DNA of 36,811 nt from Massalongia carnosa. Taxonomy: Eukaryota. Positions 11,273 through 23,368 of the stretch are shown here, piece after piece (positions within the stretch are counted from its first letter, which is position 1; each line of letters opens with the position of its first letter). Where the stretch lies: positions 1,860,001 to 1,896,811 of the forward strand of contig OZ287083.1 of assembly GCA_965645245.1 (NCBI GenBank). Reading direction: 5' to 3'. The notes below the pieces were generated by a model. That model was not told the origin of the DNA, did no database searches, and saw only the letters and a list, made by a program, of their open reading frames with translations. Both the position numbers and the translations under genes were made by a program.

Positions 11273-12985
11273 TATACTTGGTTCGTTTCTTTCCTGATTT
11301 CGTCGTTATTTGTTCGCCCTTTGTTAATTCTGTTAACGATCTCGTCCGTTGCGAAAATCTCGATATAATTCGTCGATAAAAATTCGCAAAGCCTAAAATG
11401 CTTGCACGTCTTTTACGGAGCCTGGGGTTTCCCATTTCAGAATCGCCTCGATTTTCTCCGAGTCCATCTTTATTCCATCGGTGGTAACTATCAATCTAAG
11501 ATACTTTACTTCCGTCACAGAGAATTCGCATTTGTCTATGCCCACTTGCAGTTCTTTCTCCTTCAATCGAGTTAGAACTTTTAAAACTTAGTCGGAATGC
11601 TCTTCTTCCTTTTCGCTATAAATTAGGACATCGTCCAAGTACGCAGTGCAGAAGACGTCTAAGTATTCTCCGACTGTATCGTCAATGAAGCTCTGAAAGG
11701 TTCCCGGAGCGTTGCAGAGACCGAATGGCATTACCAGATATTCGAACTGACCATATCTGGTATTGAAAGCCGTGAGCCATTTGTGGCCTTCCTTCATTCT
11801 CATACGATTGAAAGCGGTAATTACATACAGTTTTGTGAACTTCTTGGCTTGTGATAGTTTTCCCAACGTTTCATTTATCAACGGTATTGGGTACCTGCTC
11901 TTGATCGTGATGGAGTTTAAGGCTCTATAATCTACGCAAAATCTTAAACCACCTCCTGGTTTTCTAACTAAAAGAACGGAAGCTGCTGCGCTTGACGAAC
12001 TTGGACGGATGAAGCCTTTTCCCAGATGCTCGTCGATGTATTTCTTAACCGCGTCCAATTCTTGTTCTGACATGAGTTTATAGTTCCTTACGTACGGAGC
12101 CTCTTTTCCCGCTTCGAGATTTATCTGATGATCCTCCTTCCGGTGATCAGGCAGTTCATCCGCCTTGTGCTTCATGAAAACATCTATTACGCTGTGATAA
12201 GCTGCTGTGACTCTCTTCAATAACTCCTCTCGGGTGTATTCCGGTTTTCCCTTCATGAACTTGTCGTAATCTCCTGATGTCACTGCTCCGGTGGTAGTTG
12301 CGCAGAAGGCCTTCTTTGTTTCTCGAGGAATCCATAGATAGCCATCGTGATCCTTCTTTCTGGCCATTCGAAAGAGGTGTTTTGCGTTGACTGGAAGAAC
12401 TTCGATGTCTTCGTTAGACTCGATCCTATTCTTAACCTTGCTTCCCACAGCGAATTCGGTGCAAGTTATCCCTCGTGTAAGACATCCTTTTTCAAGACAA
12501 TCTGATGAGTTGAACTTCATCGTTCTCTCTTTCCAATTGATCATTGGGTTGTGCGTTTGCAGCCATCCATCCCCTAAAATGACTGCATACGCTTCTAGTT
12601 TTGCCAAATAACATAAGCCTTGCTCTTCGTGATCTCCGATTTTCACGTCGATCAAGGCGGCCTTCGAGAGGAGCTGCACTACCTCTCCATTTCCCAAAGT
12701 AAGTTTCACCATCTTATCCAATTTGGAGATGTTCAATTTGTGTTTACGCACAAAGGATTCGTCAATGAGTTCAGCTTCACTTCTATTATCGATAAGTAAA
12801 CGGGTTTTAATTCCAGCTATGCTAGTTTGAAAAACTAAATGCTTGCCCTCGATTTTCTTTTCAGTATCGCGGACAGCACAAGTAGAGACCCTAACCATTT
12901 TCGTTTCAGTGTCACCATTCCCATTAACAACCTCCTTGTTTATAAGCCCTTGGTCGCGATTTCGATCAAGGACTAGGCTTTTCCC
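11273..12985 (-). pseudogene. Gypsy A pol (protease-RT; RNase H and integrase lost)
   Basis: ORF 11588..12898: LLIDNRSE protease-like motif, LRFCVDYRALN, MPFGLCNAP, YLDDVLIYS. Slippery G GGA AAA at 12985-12979 links gag to this frame by -1. Confidence 0.9.
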
Positions 12986-14481
12986 GCCTCAGATTCCGCT
13001 CCCGAATCTGTTTCTGTTGTCCTCATGGTGCTCAAGTTCTTGTCCCTGTATTGAGGACAAATGGTATCGTTCCCTCGATGTCCTGATCCCCTGCATGCCC
13101 AGCATCGGCGTTGACGGGAGAGGGACTCGCGCTCGTCGTCCTTCAGCTTCTTTGGGTTTGGGTCCGGATCATACCAGGTGCCTACCCAACCGGCCGGTTT
13201 GACTATCGTTGGCATCAGCTTCGCATTTGGCCGATCATCAGATTTCTTGGAGCTGGTTTGATTGATGGAGGATGAGGCGGACTTTCCGCCGGAGGACTGG
13301 GTTGAGGATTGTCCGCCGGAGAAGTTGCTTCGTTGGCTGGAATTCTTCGTTGCGGCTGGTTTATCGGGACGAGGAAAGTGGTGCGCCACATCTTTGCGGC
13401 GGTCTTCGATTCTTCGTGCTTCGTCAAGTAAAGGGCGAAAATCAGTAAAGACTGAACCCATAAGAGAGTTGGAGATGCTAGGCTTTAACGTCACGAGGAA
13501 CTTCTCAATTCGCTCGTCAACGGGAGTTTTAGCTTTCTGCCATAGCTTGAAGATTCGGTGATAATACTCACTGACGCTTTCGCCCCCTTTCATGGTGACG
13601 GTGAGGAGTTCTTTCTTGGCGTCGCGGCTCTGGAAGTTAATGCCCATATAGTGCTCTATCTGTTCGAATAAAGCGTCGGCCGATAGTGAGTCTCCCATAT
13701 CCACAATCCAAGAGTGCATAGCCCCGAAGATCGGCGCTTCCATTTGAGACAGCACGTAACCGACCTTTTCTTCTCATCGGCGTAGAGGGGTGCGTCTGTC
13801 TTCAGTTTATTGCGGACGGAGTACGCCCAAGGGCTATACTACTCCGAGTCCTCACCTTTAAGTGGCTTGCTAGGGTTTAATACACGGGGTCGCCAATTCT
13901 GGGGGTTGGCGTTGGTGCTTCGGGTAGCAACGGTATCTTCTCGTTGATGATGTGGTGTTTCCCGTGTTTCCGCTAACTGGCGGACCAGGGAGTCTATGTC
14001 TTTCTGTAATCTCTCTTTTGCTATAGTCATTGCCTCCAATTCGATATCTCTATGCGAAAGTTCTTCTTGCGCGAGAAGGGCCTCTCGTTCGGCATCGTCT
14101 TTTTCCGTGATGAGACGTTCATGTTCTTGTTTGTAACGTCTGTTGATCTTTTGGCCTCGCCAAGCTTCTCCAAGTCGCCCTGCAAGGAGATGTATTTGTT
14201 TTGTCGTATTCGAGCGCTCTCGCGAGGAAGTCATACCAACGGGGTCCTTCTTTCTCGTCTCGCAAGATGCTCTGCAATTCCTTCAAATTGTGTGCTGCAA
14301 CGTGGGACGGATGATCCGCGGCATCCTTCTCGTAATATGGATGATCGGAGACATCGATCTTCTGAAAAAAACCCTTTTCTTTTTCACGTCCTGCTCTTGG
14401 GGTTTTTTCCCACGTCCCCTCCGTTGTTTCTTTAATCTGTTCGTTCTGGGGTAATTCGGAGTCTTCAATCGTTCCCGGCAT
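12973..14481 (-). pseudogene. Gypsy A gag (frameshifted)
   Basis: ORFs 14119..14481, 13839..14234 and 12973..13755; ESVSEYYHRI capsid-like motif and CWACRGSGHRGNDTIC knuckle variant. Confidence 0.8.
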
Positions 14482-14816
14482 GCTGCTATGCGAGCGAGAC
14501 GAATGGCGGGAGACGGAACGAGCGCGGGTGTTAAATGCTAGGCCGGTCTAGGCCTCTACGGGAGTAGCTACGGCCTTTCTCGCCGTCATGGGCGTTTTTG
14601 AGCTCATGAATAGATTCTGAAAATGGGAAAGCTTGATTCCCTGATTCTAAAAGTTCTGGAAGTTCTGGAATTTGGATCGGTTTGGATTCGCACAAACGAT
14701 CAGTCTGGAAAGTTACTGGAACGGGTTTTCACCCTATCTAAAAGAAAGTTACTAGAACGGGACCTCGTCCCTACTAGAAGTTCTGGAAGAAAGAATACTA
14801 ATAGGTAGATAAATTG

Positions 14817-14996
14817 TGTAAGGAAGCTGTCGTCGATTCTAATCAACCGCTATTAAACTAAAATTTATCTACAAAAGAAGAAAAGAATCATTGTGCGCGA
14901 CTCGCTAGATATATCTGCACCTAGTGTCGCGCTAGCCTCGCGTGCTCCCGTGATCCCCCTTCCATCTCAGCCCTATGTCAGGCTAGGACCCTGACA
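14817..14996 (-). repeat. 5' LTR of gypsy A (180 bp)
   Basis: Minus-strand TGTCAGG...CCTTACA termini, TATA-like GATATAT near 14910, followed by a self-complementary PBS (14815-14805). Confidence 0.75.
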
Positions 14997-15200
14997 CTGG
15001 CCAATAACCCCGTATTACACTCCAGGACCAAGCATATCGACATTCAGCACTACTTTATACGAAACGAAGTGCTAGAAGGAAGAATCGACCTCAGCTATGT
15101 TCCGACCGAAGACATGATTGCAGATGGACTGACAAAAACCCTCACGCACGTCAAGTACATCTCCTTTATCAAACAGCTCAACATGGACAAACAGAGATAA
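14997..15200 (+). pseudogene. C-terminal RNase H of copia A
   Basis: LANNPVLHSRTKHIDIQHYFIR..YVPTEDMIADGLTK..TAA, the canonical copia RNase H end. Confidence 0.93.
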
Positions 15201-15393
15201 AAGGTAAAGAAGTTCAACCACGGTTGAATTATCGATGGAAACAAGTATTGGTAGGACTTGAAGGGGGTTACCAGCACAATGAACACCTATCAGTACGATG
15301 AACATAGCACCCACGGCTGCCCTAGATAGACAGATCATCTACGGAAACCGTTGATGCGGCATTAGGCATAGTCCAAAGATAAGATAAGATCAC

Positions 15394-15771
15394 TGTAATA
15401 GGGTAGGCCTAGTACGCGTTCGTTGAACGTAAGACTGGCCTATGTGGCTATGTGGGATACGTACAGCCAAAACAACCACCAAGACAATAAGGTCCCGCCT
15501 AACCCAGTAAAGCATAGTGTGGGGACTTAACTTATTATGGAGGTGTTTTCGTAGTACACGAAGTATCCCCGCGCCTCGCCTCACCTCCCCTAGCTCGCCT
15601 GCCTAGTCTCATCTACCCGTGTCTTTCGGTGACCGAAGTGTTTCGGTGACCGAAAATACCAGGTAGTATGGGCAAGGTACGGAAGAAGAGCTTAGGTTGT
15701 AGATTGTCCTATACTATATAGATGAATGATCAAGCACTTCAAAAGGGTAGCATTTAGTCTACCCTTTGACA
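15394..15771. mobile_element. Candidate LTR (378 bp) downstream of copia A
   Basis: Imperfect 13-bp terminal inverted repeat TGTAATAGGGTAG...CTACCCTTTGACA and TATATA near 15715. No TSD found. Confidence 0.45.
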
Positions 15772-15889
15772 CGACCCAACCTATTTGTACCTCTAATATG
15801 ACCATCACGTTGTGTAGCCCCTGTGGATCCCATCTTCCGGTAGTGAATGCTTGCTGGGAGAAAGTCTCCCCGTTTCAATCACCTCGCTT

Positions 15890-16073
15890 AGAAGGGGGTG
15901 ACCAGTAATAGGAAAAGATTGCTGCCAAGCAACTTTTATCCTTAATATCACGGTCATACATACCTTTATTATTACATAGCCATATACCTATTGTTATATT
16001 CCTATTTAAACAGTTTTCGTCTTTTTGTATGATTACGATAAGAAGATCTTTCTTGACGTCGAGACTTTAAAAT
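15890..16073 (+). repeat. Candidate polypurine tract and 3' LTR start of copia A
   Basis: AGAAGGGGG followed by TG at 15899; a similar GAAGGGGGT.ACCAG occurs at ~15260. No matching 5' LTR is visible. Confidence 0.35.
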
Positions 16074-16355
16074 TGTTATGATCCACCTAGAGACAAGTCA
16101 TAGGGACACTAGAAATGAATACAATAAAGATGAGGAAAGAAAAAGACAATTGACAACCCGAACCTTCCCCTATATATCTACTATTGCGCTAATACCCATG
16201 TGGTATAGTCGCGATAGAATCTTCTCGTGACTGCTGGAACAAAATCGAAGGTGCGGGAACGAAATCGAAAGTTCCTGCGCGTTCCATCTACGGTTTGCCA
16301 TAGGCGGTGCCGAATTCATCCGAGTGCCGAGGTCGTGCCGAGTAGAATCGTGACA
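16074..16355 (-). repeat. 3' LTR of gypsy B (~282 bp)
   Basis: Starts TGTCACGAT just after the PPT (16370-16359); candidate end ATCATAACA at 16074; TATA GATATATA near 16175. Confidence 0.65.
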
Positions 16356-16864
16356 CTACCCCCCGCTTTAGATCGCGAGTCACCTGACCGCGATAAATCC
16401 GAGTTATCTCCGGGGTTTTATTGTCGAGCTGTTCCTTTTTCGTTCGTTCGTTTTATTACGTGGCAGATTGGATGATCAATTCGATTAGCGATATAGGGGG
16501 GTGGAGCGGTGATACTCTAAATTCAAATTACTAGCGATTCGGGAGTTGGTTCTTTTCGGCTGATACTCGGTAAAGGTAGCGGGGAAGTCAGGTGACAGTC
16601 TTTCTTTTAGTTTAGTTATAGATAGTTCTTTTCCTTTTAGAGCAAGCATGCTCGTAGAAATAAATAGCTACATCACATAGCATCAACACATACAGTTCAC
16701 AGACACGAGGTATCAGGCACGAGGCGCGAGGATTTCAGTGATCAGTCTAGCTATTGTTCTTATTCTATTGTTTTGTTCTTTTCTAGTTTGTTTGTTCTCT
16801 TGCACTCCTAGCAGTAGTGGACCACGCACACCACCCAGTTTATCCTTCCACAGCGTGCAGACGA

Positions 16865-17048
16865 TTATCGTGGCTTCTTCGGGTTTCGTTTGTAAAAGTC
16901 TTCCACTACCTCATTTGCATTTTCGAAGCCTTCTGCATCATACCATGTCAAATCTTCGTCTATTCCCTTCCATTTGACCTTGAATTGAATCTTTCGGTAG
17001 CGTCTTCGTGCATCCAGGATGTCATCTAGGTTCCATTCCTCGTTCCCT
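16865..17048 (-). pseudogene. Chromodomain of gypsy B integrase, separated from pol by the Helitron
   Basis: GNEEWNLDDILDARRRYRKIQFKVKWKGIDEDLTWYDAE; joins in frame to PPPPVVVE at 19447 when the Helitron is removed. Confidence 0.88.
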
Positions 17049-19446
17049 TCTATATTGTACTGAAGTAGTTCCCCTGCTACTTTAGGCAACACTACCTTAT
17101 TCGGTTAGATTGAACCCGAAAAAGGGAACGCGGCCTGCGGAACAGTACTGAATTATCAAATAATGCGGGGAGGACCTCCCTGCTGACAGGACCAAAAATT
17201 CCCCTCTTGCCTCGACCATACCGGACCGTTTCACTTCGTCAAACTTCGGAGATCAACTGATCCTGTTGATATCAGTCCGTATCGCGAAAACTACGTTCTT
17301 TAACGTTTGTTGTGGGCCGCGAGAGGTGGTCGTTGTTCGCGTTTTTCGTGTTTTGATGTTCCCGAAAACTGCGCTAAATCCGTCCGTTCAATAAACCTGC
17401 GAAAACCCTCAATTCGGTTTAACGAAGACTGAATTGGGTTTAGCATTAACAATTATCTGTTCTCTTCGCAACAACAGCAACGACTACCGCTATATCTTTG
17501 CAGCCTAGCTCTTCTCCTTGAGAAATCGTTTCTCGACTTCCCATTCCGTTACGACGATAGTGTTCTCTCCGTAGACCGCATAATAAATTGAATTCTCCGG
17601 AAAATCCTCCCGCAAAACGCGTTCGTCTAAGCTTACGACCACCGAAAACGTTCTGTTAGTCTTTTACTGCGTCCCCCTGCTCCTCGAAGAAGTTCGATTG
17701 TATCTCCTGTCACTCTTCCATCTTTGCAGAGTTCGCCTAACAGTTTAATAACGAATTCCGTTTCTCCCGTATCTACGGCTTTCCACTCGCAAAGCCCGCC
17801 AAATCGAAATGATTTGCAGTTGGAAAATCGGAACATTTGGGAAGAAATGCTGCTCAACGAAGCAGAAGCGGGTCAGTACAATCACAACCGAACTCGCGGT
17901 TTCGTAAGGTCGAGTTTCGGACATATTTCTCCATCCATTGCGAGTTCTAGACCTTTTTCTCCACCGTTAATCATCGTGAGTCACGAGGAAATCGTCCCCC
18001 GCAACACGCATTTACACTGTCTTTTGTAACGCACAGCCTTAATCATTGGGGATGAGGTGCCGATGCAACACAAACAATGCTTCATGGCCGTACATCGCAC
18101 TTTTACGGACCTTTTGGGTAATGACGACCTTTCGGAGTTATTCCGATGGTGTTAGGCGGAGATTTCGCTCAAATCTTGGACGTTGTTCCCCGTGGAAATC
18201 GTGAAGCCATCGTTGCAGCGAACATTTAAAACACCTTCTATGGCCGCGATTTCAAAAACTGTTTTTGAGTCAAATCATGCGAATTCGTAATGAAGTCGCC
18301 AATGAGGCGTTTGCGGACTGGATCGGGAAAATGTCTTATGATCCTGCTTTTTCCGGTCGTGATCAGCTACCGGAACAAGTTAATCAACTGAACAACTTAG
18401 ACAATTTCGTGGACACCGTTTTTCCTTCCGATCGTATGCGGCAAGCTTATCTGCATGCGGATTCTTTCGCAAGTGGAGCAATTTTGACTTTGCGGAACGA
18501 TATCGTCGCGGAGTTAAACGGTGCAGTACTGAATAAATTGCAAGGCTGTTCGCACACCTTGAACTCCGTTGATCAAATAGAGAACGATACAGCGCAGGAA
18601 CGAGGAGACTTTCTTCCTCCCGAGTTTTTACAACCCTTGCAAATATCGTCTATACAACCTTCACAATTGCAATTGAAACTTGGAGCCCGAATCATTTTTT
18701 TGCGGAATTTGTATCCCAAACCTGGTCTCTGTAACGGCACCCGATTACGTCTTACTCACATTTCGCGGACCTGTCTAGAGGGAAAGATTTTGGGATAAGA
18801 ATTTAACGGTGAAACGCGATTAATTCCCCGGATACTTCTTAATACCACGGAAGGCGAGTTGCCCTAGATCATAAGTCGCAAACAATTTCCGATACGATTG
18901 TGCTTTGCTATGACTGTCAACAAGTCGCAAGGTCAATCATTGGATACGATAGGAGTCGATTTGCGAGCTCCTTCTTTTACTCATGGTCAATTAAATGTGG
19001 TATTATCTCGAGTTATGGATGTGTCTCGATTGTGTATGTTGTTTCCGGAACGAAATGACTGGAAAACGGATAACATTGTATATCCGGAAGTAATTCTGCG
19101 AGCGCAACATGACATGAGAACTCATGTTCCTCCGAATCCTGCTGTAAGTTTATGATGATATAGGGTATCATGTCACTTAGAAAATCTATTCAATTGCAAA
19201 ATAGACAGCAAGTTTATTGTGTTGTCAAAAATTTATCGTCCGGGTCATCAAGTGTGACATTTTCCGCTAATTTCGCAAGTCGTAAGTTTTAGAATTAAAA
19301 GAAATTTTTCGATTTCAATCCTGAAATTAAATAGATAATTTTGTATTGCATACGTGGTTTTAAATTTACAACCTTTTACGAATTGTATCGATTGTAAAAA
19401 CTTGAAACCGGTTCCAAAATCTCAGTTCTGAGATGGCACGGTCTCG
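17049..19446 (+). mobile_element. Helitron copy 2 (2.4 kb, larger internal deletion), retaining the helicase C-terminal half
   Basis: Starts TCTATATTGTACTG; hairpin 19419-19434; ends CTCG. T|T junction, no TSD. ORFs 17724.., 18265.. and 18898.. closely match copy 1. Deletion junction ~17995. Confidence 0.92.
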
Positions 19447-22400
19447 TCAACCACTACTGGCGGTGGTGGTTCGTTAATCTGGCCTGGAAGTGGGTCGTCG
19501 GAGGCCTTCCGGAGTAGGCTGGTGTGGAAGACATCATGGATTTTCATTGACGGTGGGAGTTCCAATTGGCAGTAAGATTCTACTAGTTTCTTGACTCTGT
19601 AGGGACCAATAACTTTGTGATCCAGCTTTTTGGCGGTACGCTCCGTCTTGATGTTCTCTGTGGATAGCCACACCATGTCTCCTTCGCTGTACGAGACTTC
19701 AGTTCAATGCCGGTCTGCCGCTATTGCTTGTCGTTCTTGGGATTTCTTCATGCTTTGTTGTACAAAGTCCCATACCTTTTTCATGTCGTCAGTAATGGCT
19801 CTGGCTTTTTCGTTGGCTAGTCTTTCCCTAGTGGAGTCTGCGGAAAGCTCGGTCGGATCGAAGCTCATTCTTGGCTCATACCCTTTGGTGGCCATGAACG
19901 GTGAAAGCCCTGTAGCGGCTGAGGGTGCGTTGTTGGCAGCGAACTCGGCCATTGGAAGCAGGTCCGTCTAGTCATCCTGGCTGTAGTTCACAAAACTCCG
20001 GAGGTGACGCTCCATTTCCTGATTCGCGATTTCGCTTTGTCCGTCTGTTTCTGGGTGATAGGCTGTTGACAGTTTTGCTGTAATATCGAGAATTGTGCAC
20101 CAGGCCTTCCATACTGCTGAGACGAACTGCGGTCCTCGATCGGATAGCATGCTGTTCGGGAGTCTATGAGAGCGCCATACATTGTCGATAAGGAGTTTCG
20201 CTGCGGCCTCTGCTATTGTGCCTTCCTCGCTCCATGTGCACGGGATATAATGTCTTTCCTTTGACATCCGGTCCACTACCATCAGGATAGCGTCATTTCC
20301 TTTGCTTTTCGGGAGTCCGGTCACATAGTCGAGGGTGATATCCTTCCATGGTCTCTCTGGGATGAGCAGTGGCTTCAGTAGTCCATTGTACTTGTCCCGA
20401 GGTGCTTTTGCGCGCCGGCAAACATGACAGTTTCGTACATAGCTATGGATGTCCTTGTTCATGTTTGGCCAATAGTAATTTCGGGAGACTATCTGACTAG
20501 TCCTGGCGATTCCGGGGTGTCCTACTGCTATTTGGTCGTGTATTATCGGAACGACTTCTAGGATCGTTTCTTTCTTTTTCGGGACCTATAAGCGCTTTTG
20601 CTTATATAACAGTCCGTTTTCTACGATGCAATTCTTTATGTCGGGTAACGAGTCGTCGGTGGTGTCGGTTCTTTCTATGGCTTTCCTGATTCTGGTGCAA
20701 AGTTCATCTTCCATGTTTTCCTGTTTTATTCGTTCGTCCAGGGTCGGTGGGTCCTGGTCGGGGGTTTCTTCTGATTTCGTTGCTTCCGGTTCCGTTGCTT
20801 CTTCGATTGGTTGAAGTTCAAATCTTTCAGGGGGTAACAGTGTCTGCAGCTGGTGTTGCTGCCTTTCGTCATCATCGTCCTGGGATTTGTCATTTGATCT
20901 TCGAGTCAGGGCGTCCGCTTTCTCATTCTACTTTCCGGGTCGATATGTAATGACAAAATTGAACTCTGAGAGGAACTCCGCCCAGCGAGCTTGTCGTCTA
21001 TTTAGTTTCTTAGTTGACATGCAATATTCTAGACTTCGGTGATCGGTGAAGATCTTCACTGGCAAGTCCGTACTTTCCAGTTCGGGTTTCCATTGCTCGA
21101 ACCAGCGAATTATCGCTAGCAGTTCCTTGTCGTATATTTCGTAATTACACTCGGCCGGGCTCATGTTTTTCGAAAAGAAAGCCACCGGGTGTAACTCTCC
21201 GTCGTCACCCATCTGGGAGAGCACGCCGCCATTGACATGATCTGATGAGTCCGTTTCCAGATAGCATTGTTTGTTCCGATCGAAATGTATCAGGATTGGG
21301 GCTTCTCCAATCGTTTCTGTAGAGTTCGAAAAGCTATTTCACATGCGGGGGTCCATTTGAATATTCGTTCTTTCTTTGTCAACGCATTCAGCGGTTTGGC
21401 GATCTTGGAAAAACCTCTGATGAACCGGCGATAGAAATTGCAAAAACCAATGAACGAACGAACCTCCCGTAGGCAGGTCGGAATTTCCCATTCCTGAATG
21501 GCCTTGACTTTGGCGGGGTCCATACGAATGCCATCAACATCGATATTCAGTCCCAGATATTTCGTTTCTGTCAAGTGAAACTCGCATTTGTCCACGTCCG
21601 CTTGGATTCCTGCTTCTCGAAGTCTTGATAGAACGGCCCGTACATGCTCCCGATGTTCTTTCAGATTCTTGCTATAAATTAAGATGTCGTCTAGGTAAGC
21701 CGTGCAGAACTTGTCCAGATATTCAAACAACACGTCATTGATAAAGTGCTGCCAGGTCGATGGTCCTCCGGAGAGTCCAAACGGTAATACCTTGTATTTA
21801 TAGGCACCGAAACGGGAGTTAAACGTGGTCAAATCTTCAGATTCCATAGCCATACGGAGTTTGTGAAACGCTTGTCGGATATCGATTTTCGAAAAGATCT
21901 TTGCCTCCTTCAGCTGGGCCAGCGTTTCTCCTATCAGGGGAATTGGATAGCGGTCTTTCTTTGACAACTGGTTCAACCGTCGATAATCGACACAAAAGCG
22001 AAGTCCTCCATTAGGCTTCCTGGCTAGAAGAATCGGGGACGAGCAAGCAGCGTGACTGGCCTCGATAATGTCACGGTACTGCCTCGCTAGCACCCGAATC
22101 GAGTCACGGCGCTAAGGCTTGAATGATAAGCGAGGGCTAGGCTCAGCATGGTTAGCGAGATCAACGGAAAGATTATATCTTTGCTTTCGCTGTTGAGATT
22201 TTCTTTCTTCCTTGTCGAACGTCTTGTAAATATCCGATAGCCTACATATAGCAAAGACTTCGTACCACCTGATCTTATCTCATTGAGTCCTTCTCGTCAC
22301 AGAGAAACCCCTTTCGAAGGTTGTCCTCGAGGTATTTCTTGACGAATTCGAGCTCTCTTTGCGACATTCTCCTAAGTGGGCTATGCCCGTGATCTTTTCC

Positions 22401-23368
22401 TCCTTCCAGAATAATACGATGGTCATAGGGTCGGTGAGGTGCCAGCGTGTCCGATGCTGCCTTGGAAAAGACGTCCAAAAACTCGTTATATTCCGGGGGA
22501 ACTACCGTCTTCGGGTCAGTCGGTGGGCGTTCTTCTTTGTTGAGCTGATACTCGATGTCTTTCAAGGAAATGGAGAATAATTCGACGTCCTTTCGTCTGG
22601 AGAGCAGTCGATACGCAGCAGCCCCTATCATGGCCATCTCTATCGGCTTATCTTCGGTTGAATGTCCATCTACAATTTCGGTAGATGGAAAGTCTGTTAG
22701 TCTTTCTGTTAGTCTAACAACAGCCTTGTCAGCTACCACATTCGACTACATAGACTGTTCTGGTTTGGTCTTTTCGGGTTCTTTCTGTTCTGTCTTTTCT
22801 TCTTGGGTCCGTGTCAATATCTTCATACCTTTCTGGGTTCTGTAGTCTTCGGGGTCTTCGTCATTTCTTGCTTCTGGAGTGATTTGGGTGCGCCTGGATG
22901 GGAACAGTGGCCGGGCCTGAAGATTATCTTGTCCAGGGCCATGTCGATAACTACTCCATGTTTCCTCATCCATGGTTTGCCCAGGATCATCTTATGTTGG
23001 CCTAGTGTGGTGATCAGAAGAGGCGCCACAGTCTCTTTGTGGTCTTGTACGGTCAGGGTGGGGTAGATGGCATGGGTGATGTCTTTACCCCGTTTACCAT
23101 CAAAACCTTTCACCGGTTTCGGTCGTGTCAGTCTCTGAGGGGAGATTTAAAGCTTTTCACAAACTTCACGCGCTGTTGATTCATCAATAAAAGCATGTCC
23201 TGTAGCACCAGTGTCCAACAGTCCCATTACTTTCATTTCTTCGCTGTTACCTAGCCTACACTGTATGACTAGAGGTTCATCCGTAAACAAATCGCCTGGT
23301 AAACAGCTAGATGAAATCAACAAAGGTTCACCTCCATCCGCGCCTTCGGTGGAGGTCATTCTTTTCCC
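19447..23368 (-). pseudogene. Gypsy B pol (PR-RT-RH-IN), fragmented
   Basis: ORFs from 23147..23359 down to 19422..19676 carry the domains in gypsy order; slippery G GGA AAA at 23368-23362. Confidence 0.92.
22069..22301. mobile_element. Solo LTR (233 bp) in gypsy B RT
   Basis: TGTCACG...CGTCACA termini, TSD GATAA/GAGAA (1 mismatch); removal restores RKGFIEAS. Confidence 0.85.

Larger units (their letters stand above)
11273..14996 (-). mobile_element. Ty3/gypsy element A, 3'-truncated, inserted in the copia A RNase H
   Basis: 5' LTR 14996-14817, then gag, protease and RT ending after LGFANFYRR..KKRTKY. The copia frame resumes at 14997 (LANNP). Confidence 0.9.

Noticed and set aside
10890..11435. 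181-aa minus-strand ORF as a gene
   Set aside because: Chimeric read-through of truncated gypsy RT into antisense copia sequence.
2321..19446. Giant element or inversion bounded by long inverted repeats
   Set aside because: Each Helitron copy is a separate insertion whose removal restores its own host frame (DIRS RT; gypsy integrase).
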